From assembly GCA_002269645.1 (NCBI GenBank), contig NIVC01001187.1, forward strand, positions 124,001 through 188,000: a stretch of 64,000 nt of DNA. Reading direction: 5' to 3'. Positions 17,199 to 29,383 of the stretch are shown here, one piece after another. The position numbers and the translations under genes are program-made. Within the stretch, counting starts at the first letter, position 1, and each line of letters starts with the position of its first letter. Source of the stretch: Macrostomum lignano (Eukaryota). The notes beneath the pieces were generated by a model. It was not told the origin of the DNA. It worked only from the letters and a program-made list of their open reading frames with translations, and ran no database searches.

Positions 17199-18062
17199 GT
17201 CGCTGGAGACCGGACTCAGTCGCGCCGGAAGCTCCAAATTTAAAACAAAAAGCATTAGCCTACTCAAGCAGTTCTCAATGACCACAGTTTTAGTGACGGT
17301 GTCCAGCCATAAAATTTTGCATAAAAGTTTTCTCTCACCAATACACGGAAGCAGCCTACCCACACAAATAACGAACCAAGTTTGAAGACTGCTCACTTTT
17401 TCAGTTCAAAGTTCGCACGAGATCAATGGGCGGTGCGGGGTATTTTGCATTTTTTGCGATTGGCAATTGATCAAAAGAGCTGCCGCCTTTGCAGCTTCGC
17501 AGTGGATTGGAAAAATCGAGCATTAGAGAAATTGTAACGTCAACGAATTAACGGAATCTCATTTTCAGAATCTGCCTACGACGTCAATAAATAATTTGGC
17601 GCAATCGAAGAGCGTATAACAAGATTTTGTTCGCCATTAATAAACACTCGAGTTCGGAGCGGAGGGCGGCAGCGAGCGCGCACACAGTAAAACAAACGCC
17701 GACCTTCGGTCGATCTCGGCAGGTTCGGACGAGGGGGCAATGGGGGAGTGGGCGAAAATCGAGCATTGAGATAAACAGGCGAGGCTAAACAGTTCGAAGA
17801 AAAACGGCTGTGAAAATTAATTGGTTAGAGTAAAATAATTGTGAAATTGAGGCGAAACAAAAAAGCCAGTAGCATTGGGAGAGTGGGCGAAGCGGAGTGT
17901 CCGAAGAGCATCTCGTTCAGCGGAGTAACTCGGCCAGTTATTTAGCATATTAGGAGAACGGAAGCGGCGAGCATGCAGAGCAAAACCGAGTGTTAAATAA
18001 ATATATATATGAAGCGCAGAGTTCAGCCGCTGGAGCTGCTACTAACAGTAGCGCGGCTCGCT

Positions 18063-19373
18063 TCAACAGTTGAGGCCGTAGCCCAGGCCGCCCGGAATGG
18101 CGAACGGGAACGGATTGGCCGACAGCAGCTGCGTCAGCGCGTCTGTCCCGCTGGCCGCGGCGGCGACGCCACCGGTCGAGACCGTAGCGGGGCCGGTCAG
18201 GCCGGCGCCGGCGCCAGTCAGAGAGGCCGCGCTGCTGACGGCGCCAGGCGACTGCAGCTGCTGCTGCTGAGCGCGCAAGCGCAGAAAGTCGAAGATCGGC
18301 GGCACCTCGGCGCTGGCGGGCAGGTTCAGCGCCGCCTTGATGGCCTGATCGTCCAGCGGCGGGCAGGCAGCCAGCACGGCCGGGTCCGGCGACAAGGAGC
18401 GGCCCGTCATGGCGGCGATGAGGTGCAGCTGCTGAGTGAGCAGCCAATAGCGACGCCGCTGCTCACCAAGCAGTCCCTGCCCAGCTGGCGCGGCAGCAGC
18501 GGAGGCCGCAGAAGTCGACTGCGAGGAGCTGGGCACAGACAGGCGGCGGCCGGAGCTGCGGACCGGCCGAGGCGACAGCGCGGCGATGGCAGCGGCGGCG
18601 CTGTGCTGATGGTAGTGCTGGTGACCGGCGGCCGCAGTGTGGGCGGCGGCGGCAGCGGCAGCGGCGGCAGCGGCGGCGGCGGCGGAGGGGCTAGTGTCGA
18701 ACTCGCCTGCCAGCTGCGGGGGTGGCGGCGGGAAGGAATGACGCATTCGGCTCGGCGTAGTGTGCCGGCGCTGCTGGATGGCGCTCGGGCTGCCGCGGCT
18801 GACGAGCTCCGATGGCGGGGAGGCGGCGGCAGCAGCGGCAGCGGCTTTCGAGACGATGGGAGACGTGACGGTGCGCGCTGGCACGGCCTCCTCATCGCTC
18901 GGCGTCTGCGTGGCGACTGTGGCAGTGCGTACGGCGCGCGCCTCCTCGGAGCACTTGAGCTCTTCTAGAAGCCGGATGAGGTCCTCCTCCTCCTTGGCGA
19001 TGACTTCCTCGTCCTTCGGTGGCAGCGGCGCGGCATCTTTGGCCTCGGGGCCGAGGATCTTCTTGCGCAGGTAGTTGCGGATGTGCAGCGGCGGGTGGAA
19101 GAACATGTCCAGGTTGATCTCGCGCCGCGCTGTCGGGTCCATGTGCTGGCAGGCGCAATCGCCGTACAGCACGAAGTTCTTGCAGCAGATCACGAGGCCG
19201 GCCGGGAACGACTCGTAGAGAAATCGGGGGTGAAAGATGCGAACGCGCTTGGCCGGGTGGACCAGCATGCAGTCGCCTTTGCAGCCGCTGTTCTCCAGGA
19301 ACTCCTGGCACACCGGGTGCATGTAGGGGCCGTGGATGTAGTGGTTAAACACTTCTCTTGGCAGGTAGGCCAT
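18063..19373 (-). CDS. Intronless Muscleblind-like tandem CCCH zinc-finger protein, divergent, with an Ala/Ser/Pro-rich tail
   Basis: VCQEFLENSGCKGDCMLVHPAKRVRI..LVICCKNFVLYGDC..FFHPPLHIRNYL follows the MBNL pattern CREF..C..C.FAHP..VIAC..C..YLHPP.HL. First ATG at 19373 gives 436 aa. Confidence 0.7.
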   Translation of the reverse strand: MAYLPREVFNHYIHGPYMHPVCQEFLENSGCKGDCMLVHPAKRVRIFHPRFLYESFPAGLVICCKNFVLYGDCACQHMDPTARREINLDMFFHPPLHIRNYLRKKILGPEAKDAAPLPPKDEEVIAKEEEDLIRLLEELKCSEEARAVRTATVATQTPSDEEAVPARTVTSPIVSKAAAAAAAASPPSELVSRGSPSAIQQRRHTTPSRMRHSFPPPPPQLAGEFDTSPSAAAAAAAAAAAAAAHTAAAGHQHYHQHSAAAAIAALSPRPVRSSGRRLSVPSSSQSTSAASAAAAPAGQGLLGEQRRRYWLLTQQLHLIAAMTGRSLSPDPAVLAACPPLDDQAIKAALNLPASAEVPPIFDFLRLRAQQQQLQSPGAVSSAASLTGAGAGLTGPATVSTGGVAAAASGTDALTQLLSANPFPFAIPGGLGYGLNC

Positions 19374-20390
19374 CTTGGACTGCGGACTCTGCTGTCTTGT
19401 CGGATCTCTTCTGCCTGATAAAACTACACCTCTCTCTGACAATTGAGGGTTGGGACCAGGTCTTTAAACTTGTGTTAGCCCACCTCAGCACCAACCCCTC
19501 CCCAGCCCTTCTCAGGCGGCGAAGGATTAGGCCGCAGCCAATCAGAACGAAGCTCATTAATAATAAAGTGCCAACGCCGGGGGGCAAAACAAGCTCTCAC
19601 ACTGACTAAACCAACCGAATCTAAAAATAGAAACGTTTGGACAGAGGGGGTAGAAGGGCGATGACTCAGCTTAGTCAGCAGGGGTTGACTATAATTTGCC
19701 TTATCTGGCCAATCGATTGATTCAGCGACTGTACGCACCGATTTTTCTTACCCCCCTTGCGACCCCACTCCACTCCCCCAGGCCCGCTTCTTCTCCTTTC
19801 ACTTCAGTGGCAGCGATGATAAGGGTTGAATACACATGGCCAATAATTCACTTTAGTGCACACACCCAGACCCAGCCTACACATTTAATCAATGTGGTGC
19901 AATTAATTCAGCTCAATATTTCACAATAAAACCGCGACTCGGTAAATAATTCTGAAATCAATTTATTTCTGGAAGCTGGATAGATCGCAACTTAACGTTT
20001 TATAAGCAAAAATTAACTTGCATAGAACCTAAAAAAATCGGAAGCATTGCAATATAATCATCATAAACGCACCACCGCACATTACAGAAATATGATTCCA
20101 AGCAGAAGAAGCATTAAAGCGAACAGAAATAAATAGCAGCCATATAACAAGCAGCCTACAAAGACATTTCTAAAAATGACTTTTAATTTCTCATCATTTA
20201 CCATACATAAAAAAGACTTCATAGGTACTGAATAGATTTACTTAAAAGCAGGCATCATAAGTGAAAACAAATACGAATTTGAGATTCTTATAGATGAAAG
20301 GGAAAATATATTTATTCAATACAAAAGCTGCTAAGCTGGGTACCAAAACAGTGCGAAATGCGACTGTCAGATTCAAGGAATCAGGAATAC

Positions 20391-21880
20391 TCAGGTAATG
20401 TAGGCCCTGACAGCTCCCAGGATGCGGGATCCGCACTGCGGACAGGCCGAACTCGAGCTCAGGCAGCCGCGGCACAGCAAGAAGTGCGCGCACGGCAGGG
20501 TCACGTGATCCCGGGTGCGCTCTCGGCACAGCAGGCACTTATCACTCTGAGCTGCGACCTCTGCGTCCTCCTCCACGGAGATCTGCGAATGAAAGCCCGG
20601 GTGACCGGACTTCTCTGCAGCCTGCGCTGACTGGGGCTTGGAACTTCTGGCTGCTTGGGCTCGGGATTGAAGGGCTTCTGATTTCTGCTGCTCCAGTGCG
20701 GGTCTCTGCTGCTCCAGTGCGGGTCTCTGCTGCTCCAGTGCGGGTCTCTGCTGCTCCAGTGCGGGTCTCTGCTGCTCCAGTGCGGGTCTCTGCTGCTCCA
20801 GTGCGGGTCTCTGCTGCTCCAGTGCGGGTCTCTGCTGCTCCAGTGCGGGTCTCTGCTGCTCCAGTGCGGGTCTCTGCTGCTCCAGTGCGGGTCTCTGCTG
20901 CTCCAGTGCGGGTCTCTGCTGCTCCATTATGGATCTCTGCTGCTCCAGTGCGGGTCTCTGCTGCTCCAGTGCGGGTCTCTGCTGCTCCAGTGCGGGTCTC
21001 TGCTGCTCCAGTGCGGGTCTCTGCTGCTCCAGTGCGGGTCTCTGCTGCTCCAGTGCGGGTCTCTGCTGCTCCAGTGCGGGTCTCTGCTGCCGCTCCCCTG
21101 ACGCTCCCGACTCGTTCAGCGTTGCGCAGTCGCTCAGCACGGCCTCCACGTCGATCACGTGACCCCAGTCGGGCTGCAGCTCCTCGAACTCGCGGATCAT
21201 CTCGATGAGGTCGCCCGGCCTGCAGGCCAGCTGGCCGCCCCGAGTCATGAAGTGCCGGCAGGCGCAGTACAGCACGCTGCTCCTGGCGAAGCCGAACGAC
21301 TCGACCAGACCGAGCATCGATCTGCGCTCGAGCAGGTCGCTGCTCAGCTTGGCGAGCGCGCGTCTCAGCTTGGCGGAGGTGGCGACGACCCGGTCGTGTC
21401 GCTCGCTCAGCATTCCGTGAGCAACCTTGAGCAGCGTGAGCAGCTCGCACTGCTCGCCTCCCAGCTGCTCGTGAAGCCGCAGCGGCTCGTCGGTCGGGCC
21501 GCCCGGCCGCACCGGAAGCCGGCAGCCGCAGTGGAAGCAGCGAACTGCTCCGGTGGCCGCCTCATCAGCCGGCAGGAAGAGGCCAGCATCCGCCCAGCGA
21601 TACCGGGCCGCCTCATCAGCCAGGAAGGGCGCCGCCGACCGACTGAGCGACCGCAGCCGCGTCGCGTACTCGGCGAAAGCGGGGAACCTGGCGGCGGTGA
21701 CGCAGAACAGCAGGCTGCCTGGAAGGAAAATTGTGTGCTGTTAGTTCCATCGCAGACTTTTGATATTGCAGCAATATTTTTAATGAACACACCACTGAGC
21801 AAGTTACCTCTCGTGTAGAAGCTTGCGCTGTCTGCAAGTGTCAAGCAGAGCTGCTTGCTGAATGCGGAGCTGCCTTCCAT
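20391..21880 (-). CDS. IAP-like copy 1: BIR, UBA-like, 19x heptad linker, RING (type A)
   Basis: Exons 21880-21808 and 21718-20391, phase-1 GTAACT..CCTTCCAG intron. BIR: RLRS..AGLF..CFHC..H..C. UBA-like: ESFGFARSSV..DLIEMI. RING: CLLC..PCAH..C..C..CPQC..AYIT. Confidence 0.9.
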
Positions 21881-21965
21881 TCCGCAGTTTGTGCAGTGGC
21901 GTTTGGTTTCGCTCGTTTCTGCAAAATCTGCAGTGTTTGCAGAGGGGCTGTTTGGATACAAGCAA

Positions 21966-21973
21966 CTTATATA
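21966..21973 (-). promoter_or_regulatory. Candidate TATA box of IAP copy 1
   Basis: TATATAAG ~85 bp upstream of the inferred ATG. Confidence 0.45.
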
Positions 21974-22357
21974 TGCGGGCTAACATCTATATTTACTTAG
22001 TGCTTGGCTAAAAATAGCCCCACCCAAGTGCTTGGACTCTCCGATCGCAAGCACGGGGGCTTCCCGTGTAATTTGCTTGCAGGCCGAAAATAGTCCGAAT
22101 TGCAACTTCCTCATTCTGCAGTACGAGTTGCTGGTCATGTAGAACCCAACTGACTGAGTACAACATGTGCACAAATAGCCAGCTAGAGCCTCAACAAAAG
22201 GAACTTGAAGTTCGCAATCATTGACGTAATCTTTTCATTTTTTAGGTACACTAAATTAGCGATTTTCGATTTTCGATTTCCATTATTTTGAAGTACGAGC
22301 TGAAACCTATTTTAAGCCATTGAATTGTAGGAACAATGAGCTGTGTCATGCATCAGG

Positions 22358-22955
22358 GAATGGATTGCTAATCTAGCCTATCACGGGTGCAGGAATAGAA
22401 TGGATTGCTAATCTAGCCTATCATAGGTGCAGGAATAGAATGGATTGCTAATCTAGCCTATCATGGGTGCAGGAATAGAATGGATTGCTAATCTAGCCTA
22501 TCACGGGTGCAGGAATAGAATGGATTGCTAATCTAGCCTATCATTGATGCAGGAATAGAATGGATTGCTAATCTAGCCTATCATGGATGCAGGAATAGAA
22601 TGGATTGCTAATCTAGCCTATCACGGGTGCAGGAATAGAATGGATTGCTAATCTAGCCTATCACGGGTGCAGGAATAGAATGGATTGCTAATCTAGCCTA
22701 TCATGGATGCAGGAATAGAATGGATTGCTAATCTAGCCTATCACGGATGCAGGAATAGAATGGATTGCTAATCTAGCCTATCACGGGTGCAGGAATAGAA
22801 TGGATTGCTAATCTAGCCTATCACGGGTGCAGGAATAGAATGGATTGCTAATCTAGCCTATCATGGATGCAGGAATAGAATGGATTGCTAATCTAGCCTA
22901 TCACGGGTGCAGGAATAGAATGGATTGCTAATCTAGCCTATCACGGGTGCAGGAA
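22358..22955. repeat. 40-bp minisatellite, ~15 copies
   Basis: Unit GGAATAGAATGGATTGCTAATCTAGCCTATCACGGGTGCA. Confidence 0.95.
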
Positions 22956-23768
22956 TGAAATAGTTTGACTTGTTAAAAGATTCACTCAATTCTGGTTTGC
23001 ACCTTCACCAGACAAGACAAAAACCTGTGCTATCACAATGTCTGTACACTAATTTTCTTAGCTATATGCGAGCATGCATCACTCGTGCGAATTAAAACCA
23101 TCTTTGATGGCGATGTCAACAAGCTTTGACAGGCATCAGAGACTAAGGGCAGAACCCCGTCAATTTTACAAGTTTTGCGGCACAATGCCCGTATCGGGGC
23201 TGGTCGCGAGCCCAGGTCCCTCCTGCTTAGCAACCATTCAATGGAGTAGAATGAGAGGTCTCTAGCTGACTGGCTCAGGACATTCGCCGCCAGTCCTGGA
23301 ACCCAAGTTAAGCAGAGTTGGCCACGGTTAGTACGCTGCTACATAGACTTTTTGCGTCACCCCCTGAAGGCAGACATGCGTGAGTTGAGCTCCAGCTCAC
23401 CAGCTGAGCTGTGGTGACGCGAGAGTTCGAACCCCACACGACATAAACCGGAGCTAAGACAGTCCAAAGCATTGTGTCTTTGAAATAAATCTTTGCACGC
23501 GATTCCAACAACAGAGACGGCAAAATTCAATCAGTTTTTAAAAACCCATTAGGCAGTAATGCAATGCTGGGAAGTTGTAAAATACGAGTATATTACGAGG
23601 TATTATGGCTATTGAGCTGAGTAAACTCTCTAGTTAAAGCTAAGAGACATTCGTACTTTAGCCCTGGATTAAGTGGAAATGTCGATCAAACAAGTCATTG
23701 GACAGTAAAATACACCCCACAGCCGCAGTACTGAGCGCAACGGAATAAAAACAGGGCAGCAACGCCAT

Positions 23769-25024
23769 TCAGGCGATAAACGCCCTCAAAGATGCCAGGA
23801 TGCGGCCACCGCACTGTGGACAGTCTGTTCTAGAGCTGACGCAGCCGTGGCACAGGAGGAAGTGTGCGCATGGCAGGGTCACGTGATCCCGGGTGCGCTC
23901 TCGGCACAGCAGACACTTCTCTGAGCAGCCGCCGAGCTCCTTGGGCTTCAGCTGATCAGCGTCGGGAGAAACTGACGGCTGCCGAGCAACACCAACTAGT
24001 GAGCTTGCACCGACTGTGGCTGCCCGGCACATCGCCACCGCCCCCTGCTGCTCCAGTGCGGGTCTCTGCTGCTCCAGTGCGGGTCTCTGCTGCTCCAGTG
24101 CGGGTCTCTGCTGCTCCAGTGCGGGTCTCTGCTGCTCCAGTGCGGATCTCTGCTGCTCCAGTGCGGGTCTCTGCTGCTCCAGTGCGGGTCTCTGCTGCTC
24201 CAGTGCGGGTCTCTGCTGCCGCTCCCCTGACGCTCCCGACTCGTTCAGCGTTGCGCAGTCGCTCAGCACGGCCTCCACGTCGATCACGTGACCCCAGTCG
24301 GGCTGCAGCTCCTCGAACTCGCGGATCATCTCGATGAGGTCGCCCGGCCTGCAGGCCAGCTGGCCGCCCCGAGTCATGAAGTGCCGGCAGGCGCAGTACA
24401 GCACGCTGCTCCTGGCGAAGCCGAACGACTCGACCAGACCGAGCATCGATCTGCGCTCGAGCAGGTCGCTGCTCAGCTTGGCGAGCGCGCGTCTCAGCTT
24501 GGCGGAGGTGGCGACGACCCGGTCGTGTCGCTCGCTGAGCATTCCGTGAGCAACCTTGAGCAGCGTGAGCAGCTCGCACTGCTCGCCTCCCAGCTGCTCG
24601 TGAAGCCGCAGCGGCTCGTCGGTCGGGCCGTCCGGCCGCACCGGAAGCCGGCAGCCGCAGTGGAAGCAGCGAACTGCTCCGGTGGCCGCCTCATCAGCCG
24701 GCAGGAAGAGGCCAGCATCCGCCCAGCGACACCGGGCCGCCTCATCAGCCAGGAAGGGCGCCGCCGACCGACTGAGCGACCGCAGCCGCGTCGCGTACTC
24801 GGCGAAAGCGGGGAACCTGGCGGCGGTGACGGAGAACAGCAGGCTGCCTGGAAGGTCGGTGAGGGAGCAGTGGTTGAGCATTCTCAGCCTATTGACAGGA
24901 AAATCATAGGGCAAGTCAGCCAGCAGTGCAGAGAGGTCTCACCCAGCGCATATTCAGAGTTCCGAGTTCCGAGCTGGCGCAAATTTTGCGCAGTCCGCTG
25001 GCCGAAGACGCCATTGCGCTGCAT
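23769..25024 (-). CDS. IAP-like copy 2: BIR, UBA-like, 8x heptad linker, RING (type B)
   Basis: Exons 25024-24943 and 24847-23769, phase-1 GTGAGA..CCTTCCAG intron. Different linker end and RING (..CHGCVSSRTDCPQCGGRILASLRAFIA). TATAAG at 25094-25099. Confidence 0.9.
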
Positions 25025-25754
25025 CCACAGCCTGGCACTGACGCAAGCTTCTGCTGCTGCTGGCCACTCTGTGCTCTGTGCAAGGCTTGGCAGCTTATAA
25101 GCGCTGCTTGCAAACCGGTTTAGGTTCCAAGTTAAGCATTTGTAGATAACTTTGCCAAGAGACGAAAGTATATTAGGGGATCTCTCACGTACCCCGTAGC
25201 CAGTTATTTCAGTGGAGTGGAAATTTCTATTTTTAACTCTGAGTCTCAGTCTCAGAATGAGTCTCAGAATGCCATGCCCAGTGTACATTGGATGTACATT
25301 TAGAGTGCGCGGCTGGACTAGTTTGAAAGCGGTTTCTGTGAAGCAGCGCAACGCCCTCTAAAAGTAATTTTCTTTGAATGCAATTGCTTCATTGCCCTTC
25401 AAATATATATTTAAAATTTATGGATATGAAAATGTCGTAAATATGCTTTGTAAAATAATCTAACAGATATAAGAGAATACCATTGATTATTCAAAATTAA
25501 CATTTAGTATTTCACTAGCTATTTAGCCCCCCCCCTTTGGGGGGCCTTAAAAATGACACCAAATTGCCATGAATCAAAACTTTCATCAAGAAAGTTTCTT
25601 TCATCAACCCAAAACCCTTTCTCAATCAGCAAATAGTGCTTATCCTTTCAAGCACAAACTCTTAGTGCATATTGTCACTGGCCGGGGCATATTCTGGTCT
25701 ACAGCAGGAGCTCACGGCCTTATACCTCTCTTTATTAGCCTAACTCAAAGAATC

Positions 25755-26360
25755 CCCCAGACAGCAAGCATCCCCCAGACAGCATGCATCCCCCAGACAG
25801 CAAGCATCAGCAAGCATCGCCCAGACAGCAAGCATCAGCAAGCATCCCCCAGACAGCATGCATCCCCCAGACAGCAAGCATCAGCAAGCATCGCCCAGAC
25901 AGCAAGCATCAGCAAGCATCCCCCAGACAGCATGCATCCCCCAGACAGCAAGCATCAGCAAGCATCCTCCAGACAGCATGCATCCCCCAGACAGCAAGCA
26001 TCAGCAAGCATCCCCCAGACAGCATGCATCCCCCAGACAGCAAGCATCAGCAAGCATCCCCCAGACAGCATGCATCCCCCAGACAGCAAGCATCAGCAAG
26101 CATCGCCCAGACAGCAAGCATCAGCAAGCATCCCCCAGACAGCAAGCATCAGCAAGCATCGCCCAGACAGCAAGCATCAGCAAGCATCCCCCAGACAGCA
26201 TGCATCCCCCAGACAGCAAGCATCAGCAAGCATCCCCCAGACAGCAAGCATCAGCAAGCATCGCCCAGACAGCAAGCATCAGCAAGCATCCCCCAGACAG
26301 CATGCATCCCCCAGACAGCAAGCATCAGCAAGCATCCCCCAGACAGCAAGCGTCCCCCAA
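25755..26360. repeat. Complex minisatellite built from CCCCCAGACAGC(A/T)(A/G)GCAT and CAGCAAGCAT modules
   Basis: Modular periodic sequence; all three plus-strand frames open only because the unit lacks stops. Confidence 0.9.
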
Positions 26361-26371
26361 ACCAAGCATAT

Positions 26372-27556
26372 GCTGGGCACTGATATTGAGGAAAAAATTG
26401 CCACAATACGGCACCTATGTACCATTAAACTACTGCCTTTCTGTAGTTTGGAAAGCCCACTCATTAAAATTCATGTGCCTATCTTTGCTGTGTATGGCAC
26501 TATATGTTTCGGTAAACTTTAAAACAAAATATTTTATTCTGGTAGAGTAGCTCGCTTAATAAATAGGAATAAAATGAATGAGAGAACAAACATTAACTCG
26601 TTTTTATTTACTTTAATTCAATTGCCAATGCATTTCGACCCTTGTAGGTCATCGTCAGGGCAGTAGTGAAATTGAAAATTGTAATAAACAGTTGAATAAA
26701 TATACCTGTGATAACTTGAATACACAATATAAATTATTGTACGTAGTTTTCAATCGACACAAGTTAACACACGGTGCAGTAGCGTACACTCCAAGCTAAA
26801 ACACGCTGAGTTGGCGGCTGGCACCCCCCATAGCTAGCTGGCAGTTTAGGCTCGGGTTCTGATCTTTGATGTACATAGAGCACACTTTGAATATCTTAGA
26901 GGGCTATGTCTGCCTGCCAGCGCACCATGCTGAGTTTGGCCAAAATCTTTTGCGCGCCGTGGTTGCTTACAACAGCCACCACATTTAATCCCGGTAACTC
27001 GGTTTTCTGCTTTAAAAGAAATGGCAGTGGTTGTTAGTCTCACAGTAAAGTAGTATTCAAAGGACCCTATAAATTTAAAATACTAAACTTTTTGCAAGCT
27101 CCCGTACTGTAGAAAGCTTTCATACTTTTGCTACTTTATATGCTAATACGAGCAATACCTTGCAATATTATTGCAGAAATGCATGTAGTTCTGGTTAATA
27201 TTTGAGGAACTTGCTACACAAAAAGAATATAGTTATTTTGAAATTTTTCTATAAAACCCATGCTGTTTCCGAGTATTTAAATGTAAACAATTTGTAATGT
27301 TATTTAACTTACTAAATCACAAGCTTGTAATCTTGTACTCTTTTTGTACAAGTATACATTGAGTCTGCCACTTGCTAAGAATTTCTGCTTGTCTTATTAA
27401 CGAGAGCAATTAACGAGAGCAATTGTACACAGATTGTACACAAAGATAGGCACATGAATTTTAATGAGTGGGCTTTCTGAACTACAGAAAGGCAGTAGTT
27501 TAATGGTACATAGGTGCCGTCTTGTGGCAATTTTTTCCCCAATATCAGTTCCCAGC
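26372..27556. mobile_element. Element bounded by 116-bp imperfect inverted repeats, containing a hammerhead ribozyme
   Basis: 26372-26487 is the reverse complement of 27441-27556 (GCTGGGCACTGATATTG.. / ..CAATATCAGTTCCCAGC). Confidence 0.65.
26623..26662 (-). ncRNA. Minimal type-I hammerhead ribozyme
   Basis: Minus strand reads TGCC-CTGACGA-T-GACC-TACAAG-GGTC-GAAA-TGC-ATT-GGCA. Helix I TGCC/GGCA, helix II GACC/GGTC, palindromic helix III ATGCAT. Confidence 0.75.
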
Positions 27557-27930
27557 CTAACCTTTGGTAAGTGAAGTCAGTCCCTTACTGTCTAAAATAC
27601 TTAGATTAGCTTTTTTGACTTCAAAAATGTATTTATTTTTAACTGACTGTTTATTAAAAATATTCTAGTTATCGATAATTTTCAGCTTCAAGAACAGTTG
27701 GAAGCCAAGAGAAGGCATGAAGGTCACGCGAACATGGCACTAACATATAATAGCAAAACTTATCTCGGAATTCACCCAGTGGCTAAATTTGGAACCAGAA
27801 ACCCCCAAGGCCACTTGAGTGCAGCACTGACGTAGGCGTACGTTAATTTATTACGTTGTGCATCAGATGCAACCAGTGAGCCATTACTCACATGCTAAAT
27901 ATAGACTGCAAAGTACATGGCCTGTCCACG

Positions 27931-27949
27931 CCAATAGAACACTATAAAA
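27931..27949 (+). promoter_or_regulatory. CCAAT and TATA motifs of IAP copy 3 (mirrored at 34698-34716 for copy 4)
   Basis: CCAAT at 27931 and TATAAAA at 27943, ~75 bp before the ATG at 28023. Confidence 0.55.
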
Positions 27950-28022
27950 GCACTGCTAGATGTAGGGCTAGCATGGACCAACCAAACAGGCCGCATTCGC
28001 AGCACCCACTGCCAGTCCTGAC

Positions 28023-29383
28023 ATGCCGGCATTCAGCAAAGTCACCGAGGACAAAATACACTCGGCCAGATCGCCCTACAGACTGGGTAAGCAGAGCTGT
28101 CCGCTCTCTTTTACTACTGAAATTTACTCTGCCGTGATGTTAAAAAATTGCTCAACCACTGCTCCCTCACCCACCTTCCAGGCAGCCTGCTGTTCTGCGT
28201 CACCGCCGCCAGGTTCCCCGCTTTCGCCGAGTACGCGACGCGGCTGCGGTCGCTCAGTCGGTCGGCGGCGCCCTTCCTGGCTGATGAGGCGACCCGGTGT
28301 CGCTGGGCGGATGCTGGCCTCTTCCTGCCAGCTGATGAGGCGGCCACTGGAGCAGTTCGCTGCTTCCACTGCGGCTGCCGGCTTCCGGTGCGGCCGGACG
28401 GCCCGACCGACGAGCCGCTGCGGCTTCACGAGCAGCCGGGAGGCGAGCAGTGCGAGCTGCTCACGCTGCTCAAGGTTGCTCACGGAATGCTGAGCGAGCG
28501 ACACGACCGGGTCGTCGCCACCTCCGCCAAGCTGAGACGCGCGCTCGCCAAGCTGAGCAGCGACCTGCTCGAGCGCAGATCGATGCTCGGTCTGGTCGAG
28601 TCGTTCGGCTTCGCCAGGAGCAGCGTGCTGTACTGCGCCTGCCGGCACTTCATGACTCGGGGCGGCCAGCTGGCCTGCAGGCCGGGCGACCTCATCGAGA
28701 TGATCCGCGAGTTCGAGGAGCTGCAGCCCGACTGGGGTCACGTGATCGACGTGGAGGCCGTGCTGAGCGACTGCGCGACGCTGAACGAGTCGGGAGCGTC
28801 AGGGGAACGGCGGCAGAGACCCGCACTGGAGCAGCAGAGACCCGCACTGGAGCAGCAGAGACCCGCACTGGAGCAGCAGAGACCCGCACTGGAGCAGCAG
28901 AGACCCGCACTGGAGCAGCAGAGACCCGCACTGGAGCAGCAGAGACCCGCACTGGAGCAGCAGAGACCCGCACTGGAGCAGCAGAGACCCGCACTGGAGC
29001 AGCAGAGACCCGCACTGGAGCAGCAGAGACCCGCACTGGAGCAGCAGAGACCCGCACTGGAGCAGCAGAGACCCGCACTGGAGCAGCAGAAATCAGAAGC
29101 CCTTCAATCCCGAGCCCAAGCAGCCAGAAGTTCCAAGCCCCAGTCAGCGCATGCTGCAGAGAAGTCCGGTCACCTGGGCTTTCATTCGCAGATCTCCGTG
29201 GAGGAGGACGCAGAGGTCGCAGCTCAGAGTGATAAGTGCCTGCTGTGCCGAGAGCGCACCCGGGATCACGTGACCCTGCCGTGCGCGCACTTCTTGCTGT
29301 GCCGCGGCTGCCTGAGCTCGAGTTCGGCCTGTCCGCAGTGCGGATCCCGCATCCTGGGAGCCGTCAGGGCCTACATTACCTGA
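28023..29383 (+). CDS. IAP-like copy 3: BIR, UBA-like, 13x heptad linker, RING (type A)
   Basis: Exons 28023-28086 and 28182-29383, phase-1 GTAAGC..CCTTCCAG intron; same domain motifs as copy 1. Confidence 0.9.

Noticed and set aside
25569-26550. Three overlapping long ORFs with repeated peptides
   Set aside because: Minisatellite open in all frames; no domain or splice support.
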